Shown: positions 24,406-38,052, numbered from the stretch's first letter. The stretch is 64,000 bases of DNA from Epiperipatus broadwayi (GCA_028023455.1 JAQFVV010000005.1:7006001-7070000), one strand, 5' to 3'. Numbers and translations are program-made. The notes: generated by a model from the sequence alone, not told the origin.

Positions 24406-24739
24406 AAGTTGAGTTTCTTGAAACTAACTTTGTGAACATTGAATTGTTATTGTTTCCAATTTAGAAGTTGAGTTTTATATAATATTTGCTAGAAATGATC
24501 GTTGAACAAAATAACTAGTACTTAAAATTATAAGTAGCAATTCTTGATTTGATGAAAATAGTAAATTTTTTGATGAAAATAATTACATATAATGTTTGCA
24601 ATATTTGTTTCAAATTATGTATGTATGACTTTTGTACATTTTAATATTAGAAATTATCCTGGAGGAAAATGGGAAGTTTTTTATTTGTTTATATATATAT
24701 AAAAACCAAACTTGCCTAACACTATACTAGCAAAAATAA

Positions 24740-25585
24740 AAATGAAAAACCATATAACAATACAATACTAGATTAAATTCAAAAATTTACCAAAATCCTT
24801 TCACAACCATGGTTTCATCTACTACAAATAGACCTTCTCTAGTGAAAATCAAACTATAAGAAATAACAAATGTATACACACAATCAAACCTTCCCATAAT
24901 TCATTTCAAACTCCACCTTCCCTTAATATCAAAAGAAGTTTTCATAAGATTAATAGCCTCAGAATCAAGAAGATTTATCATCAAAGTCTCCTTTATTCTT
25001 CTTTGTAACTCATTCTTTTCATAAAAAATAACCGAAGCATTGTCAAATAATATTGTATGACTTTTATTCAATTCATGAATATATAAAGCTGAGTTAAGAT
25101 ACCTATGTTTAACTCTACTTATATGAACCTTAATCCTTTCATTAAGACTAAACTTACTCTGGCCTACCTAAAACTTACCACAACTACATGAAATCTTATA
25201 AACAATACCAGGAATAGACCTACTATCAATAGACTGTTTAGAACCATTAAGTAATGAATTCAAATCAGAACCCTTCTTCCATGCAACCTTCTTTCCACCC
25301 AACAAATGACTATTTTTATAAACCAAATTATAAATTGAAGCCTTAACTGGTAACGACATATAATCATTATCCTTACCAACAACATTCTTACCATCACAAT
25401 CATGACTATAAACATTATTATTAAATACAACTTTTTTAATAAAATCATGACTATAACCTAATTCTACATATTCAGCTGCAAATTGACTTCTTTGAATATC
25501 AGCATTATTATAAAATTATTAAGCTTTCTATTCCTACAACAAAAATTCAACAAAGACATTTTCTTATGTATAAATTGTTGATAAA
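24740..25585 (-). repeat. Left inverted arm (~840 bp) of the PLE
   Basis: High-identity reverse complement of 26235-27071. Its minus-strand ORFs repeat the linker and GIY-YIG peptides. Confidence 0.9.
24799..24848 (-). ncRNA. Hammerhead-like motif with non-canonical core (left arm)
   Basis: TTTTCAC-TAGAGA-AG-GTCTA..TAGAT-GAAA-CCATGG-TT-GTGAAA. Stems I and II and the palindromic stem III are present, but the core is not CUGANGA. Confidence 0.4.
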
Positions 25586-25589
25586 ATAT

Positions 25590-26910
25590 CAAAATTTATT
25601 ATAAGATATTTTAAGGATTATATAAAATTAGGTCAATTTTGTGTTTCTTCTTCTTTTGAAGCTTTTAAGAAAATAAATGTTTTTGTTTTGGATGATGATT
25701 GTGTTTTTGGTAGTTTAGACATTGAAAATATGTACCAATCGGTTAATAGATTAAAAAGTATTGATGTTTTTGTGTCAATTTTAAAAAAATTGGAATGGTT
25801 TTCTGCAGATAAGATTAAGGTTTTTCATGATTTGCTTTTGCTGTTAGAGGATTCAATGTATTTTATGTCTAATGATATATTTTATAAGATTAGAGAGGGT
25901 TGGGTTATTGGTTATGTTATTTCTCCATTGATGTGTGCTGTCTATATTGATTATTTGGAGTGTAGTGTTATTAATCTGTTTTCATGTTCTATAAAATTAT
26001 TTGTTAGATATGTTGATGATTGTTTGTTTGTTATTCAGAAAGAGAAATTAGAAGAGTTTTTATGTGGATTGAATGCTTTTGATTCTAGTATTAAGTTTAC
26101 AATTGAGGGGGGTAGTTTTGATTTTGTGAAATTAAAGTTTTTAGATTTAAATGTTGAGAAGGTTAATGATGTTTTATTTTGTAGTCATTTTATAAAACCT
26201 AAAAATTTGAGGAATATGATTAGGACAGAAAGTTATCAGCCTTTTATACATAAGAAAATGTCTTTGTTGAATTTTTGTTGTAGGAATAGAAGGCTTAATA
26301 ATTTTAATAATAATGCTAATATTCAAAGAAGTCAATTTGCAGCTGAATATGTAGAATTAGGTTATAGTCATGATTTTATTAAAAAAGTTGTATTTAATAA
26401 TAATGTTTATAGTCATGATTGTGATGGTAAGATGTTGGTAAGGATAATGATTATATGTCGTCACCATTTAAGGCTTCAATTTATAATTTGGTTTATAAAA
26501 ATAGTCATTTGTTGGGTGGAAGGAAGGTTGCATGGAAGAAGGGTTCTGATTTGAATTCATTATTTAATAGTTCTAAACAGTCTATTGATAGTAGGTCTAT
26601 TCCTGGTATTGTTTATAAGATTCCATGTAGTTGTGGTAAGTTTTATGTAGGCCAGAGTAAGGTTAGTCTTAATGAAAGGATTAAGGTTCATATAAGTAGA
26701 GTTAAACATAGGTATCTTAACTCAGCTTTATATATTCATGAATTGAGTACAGATCATACAATATTATTTGACAATGCTTCGGTTATTTTTTATGAAAAGA
26801 ATGAGTTTAAAAGAAGAATAAAGGAGACTTTGATGATAAATCTTGATTCTGAGGCTATCAATCTTATGAAAACTTCTTTTGATATTAAGGGAAGGTGGAG
26901 TTTGAAATGA
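25590..26910 (+). pseudogene. PLE reverse transcriptase + GIY-YIG endonuclease ORF, one frameshift
   Basis: RT motifs GSLDIENMY, REGWVIGYVISPLMCAVYI, RYVDDCLF and LNAFDSSIKFTIE...KFLDL (ORF 25688-26554). EN motifs IVYKIPCSCGKFYVGQSK...RIKVH...HTILFDNASVI...RRIKETLMI (ORF 26455-26910). Confidence 0.93.
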
Positions 26911-26962
26911 ATTATGGGAAGGTTTGATTGTGTGTATATATTTGTTATTTGTTATAGTTTGA

Positions 26963-27012
26963 TTTTCACGTGAGAAGGTCTATTTGTAGTAGATGAAACC
27001 ATGGTTGTGAAA
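26963..27012 (+). ncRNA. Hammerhead-like motif with non-canonical core (right arm)
   Basis: TTTTCAC-GTGAGA-AG-GTCTA..TAGAT-GAAA-CCATGG-TT-GTGAAA. ACCATGGT is a palindrome. The core differs from the left-arm core. Confidence 0.4.
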
Positions 27013-28989
27013 GGATTTTGGTAAATTTTTGAATTTAATCTAGTATTGTATTGTTATATGGTTTTTCATTTATATATATGTATGCAGGGGTCAATATAAA
27101 TAAAATTTATCATTGGACATAAGTGCATGCATAGACATAATTATAATAAGTAATGAGTATTAGAAAAAAAAATTGTTATGTACACAAATAATATTAGAAA
27201 TTTATTTTACAATAAAATGTCTGATTCTGAATATATTTAAAGAAATTTGTTGTTTATTTCTGTAATCGATACAATTATAAAAAATAAACATTTTAAAAAT
27301 ATTCATATAATATTATCAAAGTTTATTTTTCCATAAGAAATGTATTAAATATAAATTGTATGCTTTTCAAATGTTACTTCAAGATTTTATGACAAAAGAA
27401 ATAAAATTATAAGTATTTTGTCTTCCAATATTTAAATAAATATTCAGATAAGTAATGGAAAGAATACAAAATAAAAATACATTATAGTTTGGTTTTAATA
27501 TATTCTAATACAAATACTAATAAAAAGTAAACTTTTGATAAACTTTGTGCTAATGTATAAATTATATTTGCATTATTGTACAGAAATATACAATATTTTT
27601 TTTATTAAAAAAAATCTATTATATCAATGTGAAATCAATTCATACTTAATAACATCTGTTTAGAAACACTATTTTCAAATTCATGTCTGTTGTAAAGTTT
27701 ATAGAGAGTAGTAAATCAATATATGGTTTTAATACATATATAGAATATTTTCCGCATACACATATTCCCAGTATGATCATACCTGTCATACAATTTATAT
27801 TAAAAATTATACACATTAAAACATCAACAAAAACAAATAGAGTAATTTACTGCATATATTTTAACACACACATATATAGTCTTAACATTTATACATTACG
27901 CATTGTATTTATATTAATTTAAAAATATATGTATCATCAAAAATAAGGTTGTCATTAGAAAGTGATAAAGAAAATAAGCTAATCTTTATGTAAATATGTA
28001 AGTGTATGTTGGAAATGATAAGTTAAAAAACTAATGATTGTTTTTTATAATTATGATAAAAATTTCTTTTGTTTGTGATCACAATGGCAGTATTTGCATT
28101 ATGAATTAGAAAATTGCTTAGAATATTCCCAAAATACAAGAGTGATAATTGTAACAGTCCTGATATTAAATTTCTCTTGATTTCTAAGACTATACTATTA
28201 TTCCTTTTATGTAGTGAATGTCTTAATGTCACTTCAGTGGCAATTACAGTCTTCATGCAGAGTCAATGCTTTCTGGCAACCATCACTACTTTTTAATAGA
28301 ACATGTTTATTGATCATGTCCATCCACACATTTTGTCCATTTTCAATTATCAGTAAATATATAATCTAGGTAAGAAATTTTTTTATTTAAAGAGTGTAAG
28401 TAATCTTATCATAAATTTATTTTTTTATTATTTCATTGCTGCTGCTTCATTCCTATTTTATAGTTATTTCATTTTCTCATAGAAAGTAACATCATGTTTT
28501 TTGTCTTGGAAGTATTGCTATTATCATCAAGTTCATTATAGTAGAAAATTTAAAGCCTAACAGTTTTAAATGCAATGCCATCTCATAATGTGAATTTTGA
28601 GAAACCATTCAAAGGATGCAGATTATATTGAATAAATTATTGATTTATAAATCAATAAATTTAAGTTAATGGTAAAGAAATAAAAACTGAATTTAGGTAA
28701 CAATTGTTTTTAAAAATGAGTTTGTAATCAAAGTCATTGAAAAATAAGCTGGAATTGCAATCAATTAAATTTGATGAAATGCTAACATTCATGAGTTAAA
28801 ATTTATCTATGAAGTATTGTCCAACAGAATTGTCATAAGTGTGTTATATATGTGTGTGTGTGTGTGTGTCATGCTTGGCATAATAGATTTTCAAAAAGGA
28901 AAATGTGCACAACTGTATATATATCTAATGGATTTCTGTGCATTAATTTTTGATTTTTTCAAAAACCAAATATTATGTTAAGAAGGTTT

Positions 28990-29900
28990 AAAATGGTTAT
29001 TTATGCTAAAACTGCACAGGAGATATAAATATTAGCATATCATGAACACTTAGTTTTGTTTTTGAAACATTGAATGTAACTTATTGACTTGGTGGCCCTT
29101 TCATATGATTGTATTGATATTTTAAACAAATGGAGATAGTATTTTGATCATGTTTTGAATGATAAAAGAACAGGTAATGAGATAATATGTTCATTGTGTT
29201 TATTAAAAAATCTTATTTTAACAAGAATTGGAATTTTTTTTAAATATATGAACACATGAAGTTGTACCATGTGATTTTGAAGATCTTCAAAAGTTCTAGG
29301 TTTTCAAAATAAAGGAGATTAATAAGATTGTAGTAATTATTGTGGAATATCAATGATAAACATTACTGTAAAAGTTCATTCAAGAATTATATTGAATAGA
29401 TTGCTACCAGTTGTATTCAAAAACTGATTTTAGAGAATCAAACATTATAAACTTGGTCTTTGTTGACAGGAAAATAGGAGAAAAATGTCAGCAGCAAAGG
29501 AGCGATTTATATATTGATTTTATTTCATTTGTTCAATGTATTAGATTTAATCAAATAGATCTTTGGCACTTTTGGAAATTAATTGTTTTTCTATCTTATG
29601 GAATCAAAGAATACAATATTAGAGGTCGAAAATCAGGCAACATCAATTAGTTTTTTATATTGTTGGATGTGATATTGTAGTTTGTTATAGTAACATCACA
29701 TCTTCATTCAAATATCAAATGAACGATTTATAGTATTTAAAAAATATATTTTATGCTGAACCGAGCATTGTTTTTATGTGAGATCTTTACTTTATAAAAA
29801 TTATCTCAAAAATACTCGAGATGTATAATATTGATTATTTGTGGCTGAGAATATAAAGCACGGAGAGCTATAATTAGATAAAATGTTGATGTTTTTCAGA
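28990..29900 (+). mobile_element. Degenerate RTE/BovB-like LINE reverse transcriptase fragment
   Basis: Translates DCSNYCGISMINITVKVHSRIILNRLL...GEKCQQQRSDLYIDF...LW, resembling RTE DCxNYRGISLLSxxGKxxARIxLNRL...EKCREQ..LY..FVD. Confidence 0.7.
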
Positions 29901-32900
29901 AAAAAAGTTTGCTATAGAAACAAAGAAACATTGAATCAAAATTTTTATTTATGGCTTATGGTTCATGCATTGCTTTTTATAATTGCAAAATTTATTTCTA
30001 GTATTTTTTTCCTCTTCAATCAGAATGATATTTGTTTGAAAATGGCTACTGAAAATGATATTTAAGTAAACTTTCATGTATGTGCAAAAAAATATTTAAA
30101 TTAATAATTAAATAATTGATTTTTTAGCTGTTTTTATTGTGATTCAATAATTATGGACTCATTTACTGACAACAGTTATATATTTAATGAATTATATTAT
30201 GTGCATACTTTATTAGTAAATGTTTTTTGAAGTTAATGATAATTTACAACAAAATATAAATAACATTTTTGTTTTCTAAATAATTTTAAACATCAATTTT
30301 TTTTTTTAATGTTTCAATTACACTGTTATTTACAATTATTTCCCACTAACTTAGGATAAAATTGTTATGTAAATTTAATACAATAAAATATCTTCTTTAT
30401 ATAATGCATTCTTGACTTATTAAATTTTATTCCTGCATTTTTTAATGCAGTGTTAGACATAAGAGATCATAATCTGTTAGTTCCACCCCACTCTATTATT
30501 TTAATCCTTAAAAACTTTGAGAAATAAAGAAATTATGTTGGAGCTGCATATTGTGCTATATATAGTTACTTGAATCTAATTATACTCTATCCAAAGGAAA
30601 ATTAAATTAACAAAACCATTAATATTTACAAATTTTATGATTTTAGAGGATTTTTTTTTTAAAAAAGTAATTTTTTTTTATCAATATGCTAGTGGCCATA
30701 TTTCTATCACAATGTCATACATTATATATATTATAATGGTCGGGGTGGATAATGGAAGTTTTATCTTTATCTACCATACAGGGTGCCACCATATTGTAGC
30801 CAAGTGATTTCACACTTGCTCCCATTGCTTATCTTAGCTTATCATTTTTACATAGTTACTTGATTTAAAGAAGAAAAAAGTTAACTAACAAATGAAATAA
30901 CTAATAATTTTGTTATATATAACACTTTAATATAGCTTATGTGCAAAGTAGACATATCTTTGTAATTATTACAGGTATAATAATTTATATTTCTTGGAAG
31001 GGATGTTAGTTATTATTAAAATAACAGTATTGTGTTATTATTTGTGCCAAGAGATAATATTTTTAATAGTATTATAATTAAGCTTATATGACAAAATAGA
31101 GTAGGGAATGTTAAAATTAATTTAAAGTTAGCTTTTGTAAATGTTTAGAATAGATTTAAGGTTAAAATATTAGTTTGTTATAGGTCAGCTTTAAAGTCTA
31201 AAATAATTTTAATATTAAATATCTTTAAATATTTTTATTTGACAATTATTATAAGTTATAATTAGTTATTTAAAAAGGTAGTTAATAAATTAAGTTAAAG
31301 TTTGGAATATCATTTCCTTTCAGTTATGTATGTGTGTGCTTGCATAGCATGGGTGAGTGGAAAATGTTTTATCATAAGTAGTTTTAAAAGTTGAGTTCTA
31401 AAACTCAAAAATAAAGAATAAATAAACAATTTTAGTATTAGTTTAAAGGTAATCTTAATGGGTAAAATATTTATTAATTTAAACTTTGGTGAATAAATAT
31501 CCAATTAATGAATGAGATAAGTTTAATTATATTTCAGTATTTTTTTATATAAGAAAAGCTTTGTTAACTTTTTCTAAATTGAGTTCGTTAAATCGTGTCA
31601 TTTTGAAATATCTAGATTAAAATAACATCATTCATTAATTGATTTGTCTTACAGTTGAGTTTTGAAAAAAAAAACAGTCTTTGTTTATTGGGTATTTATA
31701 AGAAATTGATAGCTAAAAAAAGAAAGGGGGGGTAATTAAAAAAATACTATAAAAAAGTAGTTTGTTCATTCTTCATTTGTTCATTCCTTCTCTTCTGGTC
31801 TGGCTTGAATCCTTGGCACAAGTTAAATTTCTAAAGTATTAAATTTTTTATAAGTTTTATTATTTTCTTTCAAAAGTGTTATAAGTTAAAATTAATATCT
31901 TCATATCTGCAATGCACTTTGGCTAGAAGAAAAGTAGCTAGCTCACTTTTTGGTAATTGAATTACAATTAAGCTTTCTTAATTATTATAAAAATGCTTCG
32001 AGGGAATTTTATCATTATTACTATTTCGATAAAATTGACTACGAAATAAGTTTTATAAGTAAGCAGTTGTTATATTTATTTATGAATTTTATAACTTAAA
32101 TTATCAGAACAATTTTCCAGCTCTTATTTTCCTTAGTTATCTAGTAAATAGGATAAATTTTAAAAGAAGAAAATTAAAATGCATAGACTATTTAAGCTGT
32201 ATATTTAAAGTTTAAAATGCATTATATCACTTTGCTTGTTTATTAATCAAGAATTATTCATTGTATTAATTTTCCTGCTTCTTAACTAAGATTATTGATT
32301 ATTTCTGGAACTGCTTTAAGAATAATTTTAAAAAATGCTTATATAATTTAACTGTCTGTAAAAAGTTATTCACATATGGAAAGGAAAAAAAAAAGAATTT
32401 GCTAGAGGAATGATAATAATTTTAAATGTTTGCTATACTGAGCTCTTCAATTAATAATTTTGAAGAAATATAGTTCAATAGTTAGAGAAAATGTGAAAAT
32501 ATTAATTTATAAACCTATGCTATAAAGTTAGTAGAAATTGTTCTAAAGACGTTTGATATGCTGAATGATTTTCTGTTAACAAAATTGCTTTATGAATTTT
32601 ATTATGAAAAATATTAAAGAATAAGCTGGAGATGTCCCATTATTTTATGCAAGTAAATTTGAAAATACTTAAAATATATGTTTAAGAAAAAAGAAAGGAA
32701 TAAAAATGAAGCTATATAATTATTTAAGTAAAACTGTGGGATCCCAAAAGTGTTTTTATCAGCTGAATAAATTATTCTGTTTGTCATTTCCATAGTTGCA
32801 CGCTCAGGATTGTCTTATGTTTATTTATGTTGTTGATATTTGAAAATGTTTTAGAATTGAGAACTAACTTAGACATAAGAACTGTATATATGTCTCCTTC

Positions 32901-33637
32901 AGAATCTTTTGTCATGTTTTAAAAATAATGTTTTTGACTAGAAGCTTCACAGAACATTTGCCTGTCAAATTAATATTATACATGCTTAACAGATAGCCTG
33001 AACTAAGGGGGGGGGGGTGTTAAAAAAATGTGTGCAATATTTTCTTTGGAAATTTGTTACATTTAATATAATATTGCTTAGTATTATATGTGAGCCAAGT
33101 AATTAATTTATATAAGTTTAATCTTAATAGGTTTATTAGAATGTGCAGATATTCTACATATTCTCAGGTAATATTTTATTATACCATTGGTAGATGCTTG
33201 ATAAGCTAACATATATTTTATTCATTCTGAGTCAGTGGAGATTTTCATCTCTCACTAACAGTTAGTTTAAATGTATGGTATTCTGTTCAGTGATGTGCTA
33301 AAGCAATTATCAGAAGTTTTTCCATTATATTTTGCATAAGTGTTATAGTAAGTATAACCGTTAATATTTTTATGTTCTGAGAATTATTATTCTTATATTT
33401 TATTCATATTATCATTAGTGTCTACTAGTTACAATAATTTTGATACTTAATATTTCATACATGTGTGCATTGTTACTTGTGCCTAAGATTTTCATATGCT
33501 ATTAATTTTCTGAATTAATTTTTCATAGTCGATTGACTTAAAATTGCATTTGTTGTTTCAGACATTGATTATTGTTTATTGTGATTAAAAATTTCTTGAA
33601 TATGACATTAGTTAGTTATAGTGATGTTTACATCTTG

Positions 33638-35421
33638 TGTAACGGAAATAATGACTTTTGTGAACAGAAATGGTTTTTGATGGAAATTCTTATTTGTTGG
33701 TTGATTTTATTAGTTTTCTTAGTTCTATTATTTTATTTTTATCATCAACCATTTTATTTTCACTTATATTTATTTTATAGCATTTTATTCTTATTTATTA
33801 TACTTTATTTTTTTCCAACTTTGATTCTTCCTTTTATTTATTTATTTCTTAATTTAATTAATAGCCAATGCCGTTACAATGCAAGCAAAGAGCAAATATC
33901 AGATACAAATTTACTTCATATCTGTACCATTGACCGAACCCCGAGGCAATACGTACATATTATCTTGGCGTTATATTTCCCGGCCAATAACTCTTGGCTG
34001 CTGAACAAAGCAAAACTATTTCCAAGAAATTTACAAATGTCCAGCGCTTGCTATTTATTTTATATAATTGGGAAGATTCTCACAAACAAGCAGCACACGA
34101 ATACCTTTAAAAAAAACAGCCTTACCCTTTAATCAATAAATTACAGTTTCCCCCCTGTTGTAGCTTGGTGATAGGAGAATAAAGCAAGTGCAAACACTTT
34201 AAATATAATGAATAAATATGTTTAATAACACTCACACACATATATAAAAAAAATACATGATAACAATAATAAAAAAATTACACACTTATATAAATTACAT
34301 AGCAATGATAAATAGAGTAAAACATATTGAATATTAAAGTTACACATTTAAGTTCTCCTGAAATTATACTGGACAGTGTTCTAAGTCTATCAAGACTATT
34401 TCTTCTTAATTAGATTTTATTGTCTGGTTCTTTCCTTCTTTATTTATTGGCGAATATAAAAATAAAAAAATGCATGCATGCTTTTTACCTAGGTTTTCGT
34501 TGTAGTTGTTTCCATGGGTATTTCTTTCGATCACTCTTAACCGTCCAGTGGGAGATCATCCTTTTTTTTGTAGAGACGGTATGTCCTTCACTGTCGGCTG
34601 GATTGATTTTCTCTCTAAGTTTGTGGGGTTATTTCTCATTCCAGTTTTTTTTACTTCTTGTCGATTCTTTAGGTAGATTTTTAAGTTGTCAGTCACAGAA
34701 GCGGCGGTCTCTCTAGCAGGTCAGGCATAGATCTTACATTGTAAGTCAGTGGTGAGATGGATTGAATATGAACCCATGTCCCTTTAATGCCACTAGCCGC
34801 GCACTTCTTTCATTTTCTTTTAGCTGTTGCTTCCTCAAAATCTCTACTCGGAATGCTCAGATAATAATTGTAACTCTCTTACTGTCTTTCTTTTGTTCAT
34901 TGTTTTTGTAAATTTTTAATTAATGTTTTAGATTTTCCAATGAATTCTTATCAACCTGTTTGTTTATTTAATTAGTGGCTGGAATGTAGGTTTTAATTAA
35001 TTTAGCTGTAATTATAAGCTTTTCCTTGTTATATATTTTTCTTTGTCCGAGGAATTTAATTAGTCCAACAGACTTTAACACCTCCTATTGGCCATATTGT
35101 TTTTTACATTACATATTACATTTAAATTTTACTTAAAAGTTTACAATTCATTTTTTCACATTTATGTTTATAATTTATTTTAACTTGTTACAATATAGTT
35201 TTTAACAAGAGTTCACCCCCCCCCCCCACCCCCCTTTTTTTTTTAAAAAGAGAGAAAGAGACGCATTTCTTTATGCACCCCTCCCCTTCTCTTACTATTA
35301 CAATAATCCAAAGTAATTTCGACATTTGAATTTAAACTTTTTTTTCTTTTCCTTCTTTTTTAAATTTTAATAGCTAATCCATTTACCTTTATTACTTTCT
35401 AGTAGCTTCGTCACTTTATCA
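33638..35421 (-). repeat. 3' LTR (~1.8 kb)
   Basis: Aligns by eye along its length to 37946-40315. It appears to lack ~55 bp near its start (right end in + coordinates). Confidence 0.85.
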
Positions 35422-35435
35422 CTCCGCCCGCTTTT
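35422..35435 (-). other. Putative polypurine tract
   Basis: Minus strand reads AAAAGCGGGCGGAG immediately before the TG at the inferred LTR start. Confidence 0.4.
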
Positions 35436-35762
35436 GAGAATTAAAATCGGGTCGAATCTTAGTCTGAGATGAGAGCTTATTTTAATTCTTTGCTTTCAAC
35501 CCTTACTTCTGCTTTTATTACATACTTTTCCACTCTATCATGATGAGTGATGATGATGATGAGGATGTCTGCAGAGAGACAGCTAGGTAAAACTAGTCCA
35601 TTCATTCCGATCGATTTTGGCTGATTAACCAATTTAATCTCTATGCATATGAGACCATGGCACGATTTAACTCTATCAAAAACATAAACGGGTTTAAAGC
35701 ATGTGAACAGCAGGATATTTCTACTGCCTGTTCATCTTGCGCAAACAACAAATTCTTATTTC

Positions 35763-35793
<31 letters not shown>

Positions 35794-36428
35794 CGAGACA
35801 CTAATTCTTATTATATAATGAGTCCAGGATTCTTACTGGAGCTTCATTTAAAAGTTTACCACCGTAAGCCATGAGAATCTACAGTTAGCGAAGAGACCGC
35901 TGAATCAAGCTCAAAATATGACCCAAACATAATGCATATGCAGACACATATATGCCTCAATCTGCAACCTCATACACCTACTAGTGATATCTGTCATTTA
36001 CGTATTATCACTATTATTCATTTATTTTATTTTATTAATTATTAACTGGCTCTTTAATGAGCCTAAATAATTCTTATTTCTAATTTTACTTTTATTTATT
36101 TGTTAATTATATCTGCATTTATAATTGACAGATTGTTATACGAATAACTTATTTATAGATTTCTTTTCCTTTTTTTTTTTTTGTTATTACTTTTATTTAC
36201 ATTTGTCTTGCTGTGCTTGACTGCACATAAACGAGCATTAAGTTTATCATGGATTTCACTCTGTGAACATTACTTTTTTTTTTTTCATTTAGTAACTTTA
36301 ATTATTTGTCGTGAGACGATTTGCCCCACCTGTCATATGTTTAGAAAAAATATTTAACTTTATTTCTCGTGATCTCGTGACATCCGTTTCATCAAACCGA
36401 CATATCCGTCCATTTATTTTCTTTCGGT

Positions 36429-37550
36429 TTAGTTTTTATCTGGAGGCTTCTTATCATTTTTTTTACTGTACATATAGCCATTTGTGCTTTGAACTGGAGC
36501 ACTGTTCTGATGTCCATTAGAGTAGGCTTGCTCATCTGGGTAATTTAGATCTGAACCTCTTCCGGTTTGTCCTGACATTTTAGCTCTTTCTGATCTATCA
36601 GGAAACGCCTGGTTTTCTTCCCAATAATCATGAGGATTGAATTGCATCCTCCCTATGTGTGGATCTTTGGGCTGGGGTTTAAATCCCCAATCCTCCACCT
36701 TGTAATTAGGCCTAGTGCTGTCTAACGCACTCAGCACCTCAGTAACCTGCCCGACAGTCTTTCTTTCTGGGCCTATAAGCATTTGTTCCACGTTATTACT
36801 TTCGCTACTGATTTGCAAGCACTTGCTTACACTTTCTTGTTCTTTACTGTTAGCTCTGGTCATCTCTATCATATTTTCTATTTTATTTTCACCCCTTTCT
36901 ACCCTCACTTCTATCTTCTCAACTGTTTCTGCTAACTGACCTACATCTAGTCATAGATTTTCTTTAATCTTTCTGTTTTCCCATTTTATTACTTCAATTT
37001 TCTCCCCTTGCTCTAACTTAACTTGCTCTATTTCATGGTACATTGTCTCCAGTTTATATTCGACATACTCCATCCCCTCATTTACTTTCAACTCAACGCC
37101 GTGTTTTACGTTATCCCATTCTCCCAGAAGGCACTGCTCTATTTTTCCCAGTAATTCCTCCTGGTGATCCAACCTTTCATTCGCAACCTTCAATTGATAT
37201 GAGGTTTGTTCACATTTTTTATTTACTTGTTCAACCTTTTGGCTACAATTCTTACTTAGTCGTTCATCCAACTCTTCTATCTTCCTACTATTTCTTTCAT
37301 CTCTTTCCCACATTTCCATAAACAACTGTTGCTGGCCTTCCATTATTTTCATAAGCATATCCATTATAATGCAGCTTTCTATTTTATCTTTATTATCAAT
37401 CTTCGTCTCCATTCCCTTGCTAATTTCTATCTCCCCTTTACTAGCTATTTCTCTGGACGGTTCCATTTGTTCTTCGAAGGTTTTTTCTATTTTGCCTACT
37501 AGAGCATCCATTTCTGTTTTGATCTCGTGTGCATAAAATCTATCTGACAC
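36429..37550 (-). pseudogene. Coiled-coil-rich ORF (gag-like position), ~373 codons, split by one in-frame TGA
   Basis: ORFs 36951-37550 and 36429-36908 are in the same frame, separated by TGA (36951-36953) plus 14 open codons. Composition is heptad-like and E/K/L/I-rich. No CCHC knuckle or recognisable capsid motif. Confidence 0.7.
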
Positions 37551-37923
37551 GCATACTAACTAATCACTTATATTTTATTCTACGGCTTTATTATTCTAAC
37601 TCTCTCCTTATAGGATTATCTTACTTTACTGACTTTATATTTCACTGACACTAGGTACGTTTTTTCGACTCTCCCTGTCCCACTCACTAATCATCACCCA
37701 CCCACACCTGCCTTCAAGACCTATCCACAACTGTCTCCAATTTACAACCTAACTTACCAAATTATATCACGTTCTCTTTCTCTCCTTTTACCTCTATTAT
37801 TTTATTTTATTTCTTGCTTTTGTCTACCACCAAGCTATTTTTGATTTGCTTATTAATTATTGCATCAACTATTAATTTTGTTATATTCAAATTCAAATAG
37901 GCTGAACTTGTACACGTGAAAAT

Positions 37924-37943
37924 ATCCTGGAACCTGGCCCCCA
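37924..37943 (-). other. Putative primer-binding site, tRNA-Pro-like
   Basis: TGGGGGCCAGGTTCCAGGAT lies 2 nt inside the LTR end and partially matches the complement of the tRNA-Pro 3' end (TGGGGGCTCGTCCGGGAT). Confidence 0.55.
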
Positions 37944-37945
37944 AT

Positions 37946-37989
37946 TGTAACGAAAAAAATTAATTTTGTGAACAGAAATGGTTTTTGAT

Positions 37990-38052
<63 letters not shown>

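Larger units (their letters stand above)
24700..27071 (+). mobile_element. 5'-truncated Penelope-like retroelement with an inverted copy of its 3' portion
   Basis: Contains RT and GIY-YIG coding sequence. 24740-25585 is the reverse complement of ~26235-27071. The left arm has an extra ~40-bp tail. TTTATATATAT occurs at both flanks. Confidence 0.95.

Noticed and set aside
33572-34716. ORFs 33572-34132, 34420-34716 and 38174-38470
   Set aside because: These are low-complexity open frames across LTR sequence and flank, with no domain, and they are not maintained between the two LTRs.
34500-34900. Possible integrase C-terminal remnant (QSISPLTYNV) inside the LTR
   Set aside because: It is a single short motif with stops on both sides and appears in both LTRs. 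Not supportable.
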